Assembly: GCA_003427395.1 (NCBI GenBank)
Contig: BFEA01000034.1
Location: 5,052,690 to 5,101,565 of the forward strand
Reading direction: 5' to 3'
DNA: 48,876 bases
Source: Chara braunii
Taxonomy: Eukaryota; Plantae; Charophyceae
Position numbers and translations under genes: made by a program. Below are positions 26,194 to 39,007 of the stretch, one piece after another. Position 1 is the stretch's first letter, and each line of letters starts with the position of its first letter. A model generated the notes under the pieces. It searched no databases and was not told the origin of the DNA. It saw only the letters and a program-made list of their open reading frames with translations.

Positions 26194-28194
26194 GCTTTAT
26201 CGTAGTCAGCGATGGTATCATCATGCCTTTACAATTGATCTGTCTTGAGTAGGCTATCATGAGTAACCATATGAATAGAATTTTCGTACCCTATTGCTAT
26301 AAGTGATGTAACGAGTAAAACCTGAAGTCGTGTGGCATAATACTATTGATTGGGTCAGTACGATTCAACGATTCATGACGAACCATTTGAATGGAATCAC
26401 TTCGTCATAAAATAAGCCGACAAACCCAAATTTACGGGTAGAAAGTCTGATGAAAATCTATAACTACCGGTCATCGAGTGAAGTAGAAAACCATATTTTA
26501 AGAGCGTATGTATGATGTTTACCTTATATATGGGGTAAAGATTATGAGCTACGCCCCACCATAATGAACAATTACTGTATGGTGACATTTGTGGACCGAA
26601 AACATTCACATGCTGATTTGTTCTTAAGATATGGTAGTACCCTCCTGGCTATAACGACTTCAACTACCTCGATTAGGTAGATGGGTAGATATAAAATTAT
26701 TTAGGATTTATTTAATATATATATATATATATAAATTTAAAAATTAAAAATTAAAAATTAAAAATTAAAAAAACAAAAATTAAATTTTTATAAATTAAAA
26801 ATAACCTGTAATAATATTTCTTACAATATAAAATTAAAAATAAGATGTAGAATATTGAGGGAATGTCTTGAAATATGGTTATACAATCAGGCGTATGGGT
26901 CTGATTGATTTTGAATTTTTAAACATATTTTTTATTTTTTCAAAAAGTAATCGGAAGAGACAAACGCACAATCACGATTGCAAACAAAACAAAAAATACT
27001 CTGATGATGACAAAACATCGAAACACAGCCTAGAGAAAAGTAGTTCGACGTAAACAAAACATCAAAATGTACAGATATGCCCAAAAATTATGGTCCATTA
27101 AAATTCCCCCCAAAAAAACCTCAAAAGATCGCCAATTATGATGTAAGCATTCAAACCACGGACAAACTCGCCGCTATTCTTATGATCAATATCGTAAACC
27201 TTTTATACATAGGACTACACAATCATGTACCATTCGGCGCTACTATTTATGCTTTTCGCATCACCCGCTTACCACAGCAAATCCAGACCTACTCTCTAAT
27301 TACCACAATTTGACTCCTAATAGGACACTCATTAGGAACAATCAGATGTGCATAGTATTAGAGAAACTCACATACACACAAATACTCAAATATTAAAAAA
27401 CATGATACACATATAACCTACATACACCTGTATACACATGACCCAAGTTATTTACTAACCATAGATCTACATGCAATTACTTAATTAATGATCCAACCGA
27501 AGCACGTCCAAGAAAAATTTGTTTGTTATACAGACACTCGCCAAACAATATAGGTCATCAATACGTCCCAAGTTAACCCCTACTGTCGTCAAAAATGGAG
27601 AGATCGTCAAATTTTTAACCGAACCCTTAGCTTTTCACTGCCTCATTGCACAAGCCTAACCTTCAAAATTTGTGGGAAGCTCCATTTCAGTACACCCTCA
27701 GGGAACGTACGAAGTACGAGAACAAACGGAGCACATCTTAAAAAAACTTTGGTCATACACTAAAACAGTATGGCGTATCAAGATAAAATCCCCCAGTGGC
27801 GAACAAATTTCACCAAAAAATGATCAAATTATCCAAACACTAAACCGAATCTTCGGTTATTCATTCTCAAGTCCTGTAAATCCATCCCGGATTCACTTGA
27901 AATCTTCCATGCTATACACTATGCATTCATATTAACTCATGTTCTAATGACTGTTACTCATCCTGCTCCAACCGTGCTTAGATTAGTTATTTAATGAACG
28001 CTACCCAACGCTTACTTGGCCCCACACTAGAAACGATCCATAAGGCAACCTACGCTCCTCGTAGTACGCATGCTGCCTTAATCTAGGGGTTTGCAGACAA
28101 AACGCTACCCAACTTTACACCACTCGTATAACCAGGCTTATACTCCAGGCTAGAATAAGACCCCCCTCGAATCCGCAGCAACAAGATCAGTCAT

Positions 28195-29028
28195 GATGAG
28201 CATGCACACTACCCAGAAAAGATAACCCAGCTTATGCTCTCATTACCACTCATAACCATCCCCTATGCTCAATACACCACGCATATTGCTGCGACCGCTC
28301 AAAGGTGCTTCGAGCACAGCCTCCCACTCAACAAAGCCAATCTGCTGCTCCGCATGTTCTTGCAATAGATCGCTTGTCAGTAATCCCACCATCTCCGCCA
28401 ACACATCCACCCCCCCACGTGGCACATCGTTTGGAACATCCCCCGATGTCTTTGTCACGAAGACGGTCACTTCGCAAAGCAGGTCATCCCAACAGCCTAG
28501 GCCCACACACAACTTCAGAACCAACCGCCCATCGGCGGTAACACGATAGTGACGAACATTGCTACACGTCACACGCAGGCTATACCTAAAATCCATATCA
28601 CCTCCTTCACCCCGGCGATGACGAAGCTCCTGGACCTCAATTGTCTTGCCATGAACCTCACCCACGCATGTGGTTACCATATCCATGGTTATACTAAGGG
28701 CAGGCCACACTTATACCTTAGAAAATCAACTCCTGTCCGAGACGAAACACGCACGAGTTGGCCCCAAAATTCAAGTAAAGATCCGCCTCTGAGCACATAC
28801 AAATCATGTATTACACTCTGCAAACTCCAATTGCTTTACTCTGTTTCGCCACGTCAAATGACACTCATGGAATGCGCAGATAGTTGTCCACAACGGAGTA
28901 CATTCTGCCACACACTACTCCGTAGAATCGCTACCATGAAACCCAAGGCTAACTCAGTAACGAGCATACTAACTAGTAGAATGCACGTCCAGTTTTATAC
29001 CTATTCGACCATCAGCCCAACCAGCTGA
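28195..29028 (+). pseudogene. Decayed orphan ORF (His/Thr-rich)
   Basis: ORF 28549-29028 extends upstream in frame through TAG/TAA stops. Confidence 0.4.
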
Positions 29029-29813
29029 ACCCACACATACACCCCTATCGAAAAAGAATTCACCTAGAACAAAACGAGAGCCTAGACAATAATTGAGAAC
29101 TCACTCAAAATATTAACCGCTCTCCGGCTAAGCCCTACGCCCAACACGAAAAAATGCAAAGGCTACCTACTGAGATTAAAAACCATTTAACACAGTCCTG
29201 GGTTTAGACAAGCCCCCTTGCAAGCACCAGCATTAAAACCTGACAAGAATATGAAACTTCAGGGACGTGCGCAGCAATACGCTCACCTTATTCCAAACAC
29301 AGACATATTGCCCTTTAAATTTTGAAAAACAAAATTAATATGAGAAAATAAAATAATAATTAAAAAAAAAAATTAATTAAAATTAATTAAAAAACATAAA
29401 TCTTACACTTAAAAAGCAAAGTAAAATTAACTCTTTTTCACAAAAACCATAAATTATACGCTGTCACACCGCACATCTCCTGTCACATTACCGCAAACAC
29501 AAGGTAACACAACAAGACACCCTATATCCACACTCTGGACACCAATTGGCAATACTCATCACTGTTCGTTCGTACGCGTATACACATACACACCACGATC
29601 CAGATACTACATATATTAGAAATTAAAAATAAAAAACGATGCCTGCGCAGAATGCATAAATCGACCCCTTACCATCCGAATATGTTTGTTACAACACTAT
29701 TACGTGGCAACCGTCATATAGATTATCATATCCCTTTGGGAACGCCATAAGATTGACCAACCGAATACACGTGGTATAACTAATACTAAATATATAACCG
29801 CAACGTGTGCAGG

Positions 29814-32579
29814 ATGAAGAAAACATCCTCATGGGATGACATCCGGAGCTCGCTACTGCCATCAGACCCTTCGCTGCACTACGACCGCCCACAGCACACT
29901 GCTAAATCGCCATGCTCGCAATCCCTGCAGATGTCCCTACTGCAGGTATACCAAGCCACACTGGGACGAACACCTTTTCTGATTGAAAATCTCTCCTTCA
30001 CCGACTTAGCTTCGCTTGTCCATATCATGTAGAACAAGCTAGAGGAGCTCAATGCCAAAATTCAAGACTTCGCCAACAACATCACCGACTCCTGCAGGAA
30101 AGCAGCTATCGAGAACAGGGAACTGAACCTTATGATTGCCAAAGCCGAGAAAATCATTATCGAGCTACACGGATATGATTCGTCTCACCTGGATTCCGCT
30201 AGACACGTTTCCATCACTGAGAGAACCGAAACTTTCAGCGAGACATACATAACTCGCATGTCGCTCTCGCAAGCCGAACTTGACTACTTCAGAAAAAAGG
30301 AGGCAGAACGGAGGAACAATGCATACGCTGAGCCTTCTCTGATCGCAAGAGATGCTGGACACAAATATGCTAAGAAAAACCCATTTTTGTCGTTGGCATC
30401 CGGCATATGGACTGAAAAAGCCGTATTGCGCGTTCATAACAGACTCTGGAAACTTGACACATTCAACTACACTGCACCAATTAGTGTCGAAGCATACATG
30501 GCTCTTGCCAGGATCACAAAAGCAGAAGTAGAGAACTGCCGCGCTGCTGCGAGGAACGGGAACATCTACTTTCCGGCGACCAGGTGCGGATTAGATGCAG
30601 AGTTCCCGCCGATTGTCAATCTCAAGAAGGGTAAATGTCCAAAGAAACCACTCCTCCACCAGAAAGGCATCCCGAAGTTCCCCGCAAACCTCTCTGAGCT
30701 CAAGAAGATTTGGAATGCAGGAAGGCCTTACCTGAAGTGTCCATGCAATGGTTGCGAGAACAATTTCACCTGGTTCGATCATATGATCTGGTACGTCATC
30801 GGCAACCTGGATAAGATAGACCCGCAAGCTCCTTCGGACAAGATCAGGATGCTCGAGTTCCAGGCATTGCTCCAAACAACTTGGAGAAAGCCGGTACTAG
30901 CGCAAATTTCCTTTGTCTTCATGAGAGAATACATGATCAAGATCGTTAACATGATCCTTACACAGAACAACAGAATCTCTGCAGAAGAAGTCATGGAGCA
31001 TGAAGACCTCAGACACGTACCGTTCGCCCAAAAGTTTGATGTTGCCCTGCTCCCCGGCGCCGATGGGGTCCTTCACACCTGACAAACATGAGACCCTCCA
31101 CAAAAGTCGAGGACAATTCGTTGAGAAGATGTAGGCAAATGACTCGGCAGCACGCCGATCCCAAATGCCTTGTTCACCACACCGGGTCGAACAACAGCTA
31201 CCACCCCTATACAGCAGACACAGACTGGCAATACACTCACAAGAGAATCGGGCAACCCGACCTGCAACACGCAAGGTTTCAGCAACACACCTTCCGAAAC
31301 CACTCCCACTGTTACCCCAACAACAGCTACACCTGCCGTGACTACAGCACACGTGATGCCATTACACCAAGACAGACAGACGCCTGCAGCAACAAGCACA
31401 CCTTTGCGAAGCACAACATCTGCTAATCTCAGCCCCGTAACAAATACCACTGCCCACGTGACACACGGCTCTAATAACGGCACGACAATAAACGCCATTA
31501 GCAACACCATTCCAGCGCCACAGCGACACACTGCCGACGCAGCAACCACACTCTGACCAGTAATAGAAGGTTTCGCACATGCACAAACAAGAACTAATGC
31601 CTTCGCAACTTCTGTCGCACAACTCGCCGCACGACAGAACAATGTCGCCTCCACCAACAACTCCGCTCCCACGCCCGCCACCATCTCCATGCAAACTGCA
31701 ACAAGACTAGCCAGCACTACACATAACTGCTACATTACACCCCTGAACGACCAAGCCAACACACACACAGCACACATCATTAATAACACTGCACCCATGA
31801 CCACAATCTCACTTCCAATACACCTAAGCACACACACGATCAACCAAACTACCACAGCCCCCACAGATAGCCAAAGACAAGCCCGACGGAGAGAACAACT
31901 TCTGAGCATAGCCATGAACCCGCTTCCGGCTGAAACTAGAAGAAACCGCAGAAGGGGTAACAAAACACAAAGGGTGCACCTTCCAAAGACAAGGACACAG
32001 GCCAAGAAACAGACAAGAAGGAAGAAGCCACAGTACGACGGGCGACAACCAGACATACAGGAGGCCTTCCTGGCGCAACAGCTATGACAGCCGATGATTG
32101 CGGCTCACCAACATGCACCATCGCATGATACGACTGAGATAGCGATGGCTCTTGCATCGACCAGTGCTCCGAGGCTACAGAGAGGAGAACGAGAATGGAC
32201 ACCACGAGAAGACCTGATCCTTAGACAATGGACGCAGACGGGCACGACTGCGAAAATACCCCCATCCGAGCGACAGACGGCAACAAACGTTGAAGTCATC
32301 CAGGTCATCAGCTGCGACATCAATGACGAAGAAAGAAGACAGCTCCCGATCACAATCAGCTCCCCATCACATGACACGCCGAGCCGTCCTATCTCTGGCA
32401 TTGACGCCCTTAGAACAAACTATGGAGCCAGCAGTGCGGACTCTTCGCTGCTTCGAACCAACAGTGGTAGCACGACGCATATGACAGAATCTCAATCTTT
32501 AGAAGAGTCATGGAAACGCGTTTGTAGAAGGCTTAGTCCAGATTACCAAAACAACCTCCCTAACTTGGGCAGAAGCTAG
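29814..32579 (+). pseudogene. ~921-codon ORF: globular N-terminal half with CxCxxC, Thr-rich linker, basic patch; 7 in-frame stops
   Basis: ORFs 29805, 30132, 31170, 31689 and 32094 share one frame. Stops are TAG 30030 and TGA 31080, 31089, 31122, 31140, 31554, 32085. Preceded by TGCAG|GATG. Confidence 0.8.
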
Positions 32580-33726
32580 CTCAACAGTAAACCGTAACAA
32601 ACTGGAGAACACTGTAGAGACACTGAGCAATTTTTTGGATTATTACTTGGAGCACTATTTAAGAAACTGAGCAACTGCTATAATGGCCAATTAGAGCTTA
32701 TGCAGATATTGATCTCTACCACATATATACAGAATAAAACATAACGGAGTCCCTACGTACAGACACCAGACTTAAAATGTCTTTCAACAGATTAGGATTC
32801 CTAAACAGACTATGACTGCAGACATTTCTACTTCCGTTGATACGAATAAGATAGTATCATGATGAGCTCTAAGCAAACGATTGGATTAATGCTGTTTAGA
32901 ACTCAATATTCTTTTGGATAATAAATGTTTTACGAGTATGAAAAAACGAAATAAGTTATAACTGCAAACCAGATCCGGACTATTTTTCGAATTCTATCTA
33001 CCACATAGGTATTCTTTACTAACCAATAACTATGTTCACTTCTCTGAGCAGTTGTATAATTGGATGAGCATGCATCTTTTGTCCTATAGCACTTCATTCG
33101 GTTATACTGACACAACTAATGATTTTTTCTGAGTCTCAGTTTGAGTGGATATGAATGTAAGCTCTTTTGAATGAATTCATATCAGGACATATGGCGGACA
33201 CCCCAGTTCCATACCTGAGAACCTGCCTTGCTTGGCCGAAAATTTATATACTTGGGTTGTTGTCGTACCCACACGTTCATAATACTTGTCTGCATTGTCC
33301 AGCCGTGCATTGGTAATTGATCTATGCAAACAACTACATACCTGTTTTTACCGCCCAACGAAAATTGATGTTCTGACTAGATATAGTAATAACTAAAGGG
33401 ACTGTCAGGCCTGAATAAGCTCTGGTATAAATGCTGGTAGCTAAAAACGCAGATAGCTCCGCACTACAATTTCTTCATCAATCCAGACATAACTGCATAT
33501 CCCTCAGTTCAAATATGTCCCTGCCTACCTGGCCTCGTGTCTGTTCGGGTTGCTCTTCGTGCTTTCTCCTCCATACTCGCATGACTTCATTTGGTTAATA
33601 TGCCCGTGCAAATGTGCTAGCCATCTATAAATACATGTTATGATAAGACACTAGTACACATATGACTCACAACTGGTCGTCAGCAATCGACCTCGCACTA
33701 TGGGAACCAACCTCCATGGGAATAGT

Positions 33727-34372
33727 CATGCCCTCCTTCTGGTAGCCAGCCGGCCGAGAGTTCGTTAGCATACTGTCTGAATCTCGGTTGCTGACAAAAG
33801 CATTGGTCCGGGATTTGCTCTATCCAGGTAGATATCTTGAAGTCTTGAAAGACGACAGCTGGTTCGTATAGAGCTTTGGCTATGTGGTCGTTGTAGGTCT
33901 ATGAGAAGGTGAATTTGTCTAGGACATGTATGGCTTCAGGGTTGTGTATTTGCATTATAAGTTTAAGTATGTTTTTGAATCTAATTCTGTCCATTATCCG
34001 GTTCGCATAGTGGTAGGAGATGATCTATTTGTCTGTTGTCTTTGTTGTTCTCCAGCCGAGCCTTCCGTCCTCCATTGCGTGAAGCCGTGGATCCTTCACA
34101 TTTGTCGGACAGATGGCTGAAAAGAGTTTAGATTCAATATTAATAGACTTAGGTGTGAGGATCGCTATTGCCATGCTTATTTCGGGGAAGCGGGAGAGTG
34201 TAAAAGGTAGGCTATTTTCAATGTTATCCTTCCAAGTATGCCAGAAGGTGTTTTGAGCCACTAGTGGTAGCGACTGCGTATAATCTGTATATACTAGTTT
34301 GTATGGGGTAAGAGGTTTTAGTTCTGTGTAGTATATTACAAACGGCTGATGTCTGGGTGTGCATGTGTGCAT
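33727..34372 (-). pseudogene. N-terminal fragment of a Penelope-like element RT ORF
   Basis: In-frame read-through gives ...MDRIRFKNIL...FS*TYNDHIAKALYE...CFCQQPRF...EGGH, resembling the pre-RT 'Y..I...L.N...CxC...F...GH' region of PLEs. Recognised from memory, not aligned. Confidence 0.55.
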
Positions 34373-34909
34373 TTTAGTGTTTCAAGCGGTGTTACTGAGC
34401 ATGGTAATTTAACATCTATAGTTGTGTAGATGGTAGTTTATCGGGGTAGTGAGATAGCTACATGAGTACTCTTTGTCTTGGGCAGAGGTCTAGGTGACAG
34501 CAGACAAAGCTACAAAAATGAGCTAAAAATGAAGTAAAAAATGAAGTCATACAGGCGAGTCTTCTCATATCTTATTCTGGGCAACACAGTCGGCGAAGAC
34601 ATGCATGTGTTGGGTTCATGGAAGTGTATGCAGCCGATCATCCGGTACAGTGGAATCAGCTAGTCGAACTTTTTCATTCAGATCTGCTTCCTGAACTTCT
34701 ATTACTATCTGGTCAGAGCGCGAGATCTTTCAGAAACCATATCCATCCATCTGTGTTTGGACATTCACACATGCCAATTTAGACAGAGTAGTCACACATT
34801 TGATTAACAGAATTTTATGTTTGGAATTCATATCATCAGTCTGTAGGGGTCAGACTCCTTAGCCATGTATAGGATATAGGTTTATGACAGACTTTTGTTC
34901 CTTGTGTGA

Positions 34910-35695
34910 TGAAGGCTCCCGTGGAGTCGTCACGTTGCTTGCATGAACTGACTAAGGTAAATAATGGGATACTCCCGAAAGAGTTACCCTGCCATTCACC
35001 CGACTAAGTAATGATCTGGTGAAGTATCTGTCTGATTTTCGGCGTTGGTAACGGGAAGATGTCGTGCGTCTTCTCTGTTACTTTACGAAAGTAGGTGTAG
35101 GAGGTAATCCGGTTCTCCCGTGGGGTACATGTCTTCAACGACTAACAAAAGCAAAGGTGATAGGAGGGCTCTCCTATCACAGATCTGACCAGACTTGGAA
35201 AGGAACTAAGTACCCACTGTGTGAGTACACGAACTCCTAAGTCTGGGGCGATCTGTCCGACCTCCCGTAGGAGTCGGCATACCTTTTTCTCGTTAACAAT
35301 GCATAGTCAAGATAGATGAACGGTCAGGATGACTCAACGAAGAGTTCTTCTTTATTAATCTTCTACACATCAAACTGGTGGTAGGATGGCTCCCGGGAGG
35401 GTTATCCTAATACTTGTTTGATTCGGAGATCAACTAACGAGGGAAGAAATGACGAAATTGTGTTTGGACAGTAGAGGGATACTCTCATGTGAGTAAACCT
35501 ACTACTTGTTTGGGTATGACTGATGAATGACATAAGTAATTACTAACGATCTATTTGGTTAACATTAAATCAGGCTATGGGAGGCTCCCGTGGGGTCGTC
35601 CTATCGCTTGATTAAACGAGTGATATTCACAGTCATTCAGGTAGTAGTAGGATAACTCCCGTGAGGTCATCCTATTACAAGCTCGGACCTGAGCT
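34910..35695 (+). other. Cluster of ~11 hairpins, most capped by a CUCCCG(U/A/G) loop motif
   Basis: Examples: ggctcccgtggagtc, taggatggctcccgggagggttatccta, taggataactcccgtgaggtcatccta. Confidence 0.7.
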
Positions 35696-36298
35696 GGAAT
35701 AGTTAACTGAATTTAACTTTATTTATGCTCGTGCTCAATCGATGATCATACTCGATAGCGTGGTAATTTTCATACTATCTCACCCCTATACAGTTCCCGT
35801 CTAGCAGCGTGCGCATCATCATATCCTTACATCACATAGGCGTGTTGTGTTAACTTATGTATCGCGCCATTATGACCCTTACTTATTAAGCTCCTATTAA
35901 CTATAAACTTACAAGTGTTGTTTTGCATGTGCTGTCTTGCATAAAAATTTGTGTGTTGTGCTGCCAAGACGCAAAAAATAAGAAATCGAGAAAATCAAGA
36001 GAAAGGCCACAATAAAAATTTTCTAAATAGGCTTATTGACTTCATAGAGGAGAAAAAAAAGATTGAAGGAGGAAGAAGAGAAAGGAAAGAGAAAAGAGAA
36101 TGGTATAGGGTTGTACGTTATCATGGTCACTAGCACAAACATACAATCTCCTCTGATAAAATGACTAGATACCTTTTTTTTACATGAAATATTATACCGC
36201 TCATTACCGTGCTTGAGTCGCTTTCCTGTATCCATCCGATGATAAAATTATACTCCTCCCATATTCATCCTACCTCGTTGCAAATACTTGACCGTCAC

Positions 36299-37032
36299 AA
36301 TAACTTATGAACTAAATTAGGTACTCTCTACCGGATCGACTGTCGTCGTGATGGGAAGAGAGTACTAATAATAACTTATGAACTAAAATAGGTACTCTTT
36401 ACCGGATCGACTGTCGTCGTGATGGGAAGAGGGTTTTAACAATAACCTATGAACTAAAATTAGGTACTCTCTACCGTAACGACTCTCGTCGTGACGGGAA
36501 GAGATATCTAACAATAACTTATGAACTAAGTTATGTACTCTCTACTGGATCGACTGTCGTCGTGATGGGAAGAGGGTACTAATAATAACTTATGAACTAA
36601 AATAGGTACTTTTTACCGGATCGACTGTCGTCGTGATGGGAAGAGGGTTTTAACAATAACCTATGAACTAAGATTAGGTACTCTCTACCGTAACGACTGT
36701 CGTCGTGACGGAAAGAGGTATCTAATAATAACTTGTGAACTAAATTAGGTACTTTCTACTGTAGCGACTATCGTCGTGATGCGAAGAGGTATTTGACAAT
36801 AAGTAATGAGTTAAATTAGGTGCTCTTTACCGGATCAACTGTCGTCGTGATGGGCAGAGGTGTCTGACACTAACCTATGGACTAACTCATATGCGAGTTA
36901 CCCTACCATCTGCCGGATCGAATGTCGTCATCACGAGTAGAGATGTCTGACACTAATTTATGAACTAAATGAGGTACTCATGTGTGAGTTACCATACTCT
37001 TTACCGGATCGACTGTCGTCGTGAAGAGGAGA
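36299..37032. repeat. 71-72-bp minisatellite, ~10 units, each with an internal hairpin
   Basis: Unit starts at 36301, 36372, 36443, 36515, 36586, 36657, 36729, 36800, 36871 and a longer last unit. Confidence 0.95.
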
Positions 37033-37149
37033 ATAGTCTGCTTCTTCAATTATCCCACCTTACATTCCCGCCGCCATCGTGCGTACATGATCCACCCTTC
37101 GTTTTGTAAATCGTACCAACGGATCATTACTTATGTATGGAGCTTACGC

Positions 37150-39007
37150 TCTTATTTTGCCGCAACAATCTATGAGAGGTTATCCCTTAACCACCATGTA
37201 GGGGAAATGCCTGAAAAACAATTATAGTAGGTTCGAGTGAAGTTTGTCATGAACTAGCCTGGTGGAAGCACTAGTTCTAATGAGGTTTGAATCTCAAATC
37301 TAGGTCAGTATTAGAAAATATAAGAAGGGTTGAATCTCCTCAATATCTCATCGTTAAAGTACCTCTTCTAAATAACGGGAAATGATGATGCTAAAGTGAG
37401 GGGAAAAAAAGGTGAAGCATACTGATAATTTCCTCCTGAAGTTGGATAATGTATGTGAGTGTCGAAAAAACCTTCAGAACCCTAAAAAGTGCATAGCTGT
37501 TAGGCTAACCACTTAAAGACTATGCGCGTTCACGAAGTCATGTGTCGTGCTTCCTGACTGTAGGTTTGTAAATAAAACTAACCTGATTACTTATTGTTAC
37601 AAAATCTAAATAGATTATCAAATTCTTAAGAGCGATATGATATAGATCCTAATGATGGACTCGGTCTCTCGATAATATTCTGACTCTGAAGATTGCATCG
37701 TGCAACATATGGGCTTAGGACTATTTACTCAGAATAATAACCGTCTAGTTGTCAACATTATACTGTAGCAAAGTCATAGTAGGTATGTTTAGATAGCGGT
37801 GAACTAACGTATATCATGTTCATTCTTATACAAAGAACCTTGATTTTTCGGTATAGCTTTTAGAAGGACAAACTTGGATATGTATGGTAATGAGAGTCTA
37901 GAAAACTGATTATAAACTTAATGTGAATTGATATGAGTGAGTAAATGAAATAAAAGTCGGCGATACTATGTTTAGTAATCTCAACAGTTAAAGACCGACT
38001 AGCTAGTATGAATAAGTTTGTAATATTGAGGCAGTGTGATATGGGGTTTAATTGGCAGAGTTGTTTATTATAATAAGTTAATAACATTTAATCATGAGAT
38101 ATAAATTAATTATTTCATCAACCACTTAGTGACATATTAAGCCTTAGGGGCGAGAAGTATAGCGAGCGTAATATTATGTTATTTATTTGAAACATACGTA
38201 TCCGTTTGAGGTTGTATATAGTAGAGTATGGTAATAAATTTGTTTTAGGAAACATTTCATAAAGAATCTGATTATATTTATTGAATTCTTGAAAAAGATA
38301 TGAATGCACTCGAACTTTATCAGTTGGTCAAGCATTGAAAATTGTATCATGGGACTATTTTCTTGAATGACTATCTCCTTTGTTGTGCTCAATATGATCA
38401 GAGTATGAGAGTATCCACTTGAAGGATAACCTACTCCTCGAATTACAGTATTATCACTACTTATTCCCACTATGGGGAATATATATGACTGGGTATGAAT
38501 GAATGCATGTGAAAATGAATAATATATGTTTCAAGTGATATATCATTGTATATTTTGTTCTTTGTTGAGTAAAAGTTGTAACTCGTTAAGTAAGTATATT
38601 TATCAATTGCTTGGTGATTGTTTGTACCTGACTGACTATGTTTACGAACTGCTTTCTTCAATAAGGGTAGAAAACGGTATGAAATTCACGTTCAACATGG
38701 GGCTGGAGGTGAATGGAGTGACCTACCTTTGAAGAGAAGAAATTCTCTCAAGGGAGGTCAGCATGCTGAATCTGTCATTTGAAAGAATGCATCGTTGATT
38801 GATATTTTTCCAAGCAGCTAAAAAGAGTATAGTAAAGTCCAGTAAGTGGTGTTGAAACTCACGCCGGAACAATGTTCCTGGTCCATAGTGAGGTGTTGTC
38901 CCCTTTTCTGATGAGGAGAAGGTGACTATATTATCATCGAAGGGGAGGAAGATGTTAGGGACTTTGTCAAGACGTTGTCTACAGTGAAGGCGACTGTTGT
39001 TCACCAT
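37150..39007 (-). pseudogene. Highly decayed PLE-like RT remnant
   Basis: Ordered traces across frames: C....DRF...GH; LLPY.TIY...FSPL; SIADF; DLDLRF; DK...RHFP. No intact YxDD seen. Confidence 0.35.

Noticed and set aside
30897-32401. Val/Cys-rich minus-strand ORFs
   Set aside because: Antisense shadows of the Thr-rich plus-strand ORF.
34910-35695. CRISPR-like repeat-spacer array
   Set aside because: Spacing is irregular and only the loop motif is conserved.
36299-37032. CRISPR array
   Set aside because: Whole units repeat with no unique spacers; no cas genes; eukaryotic context.
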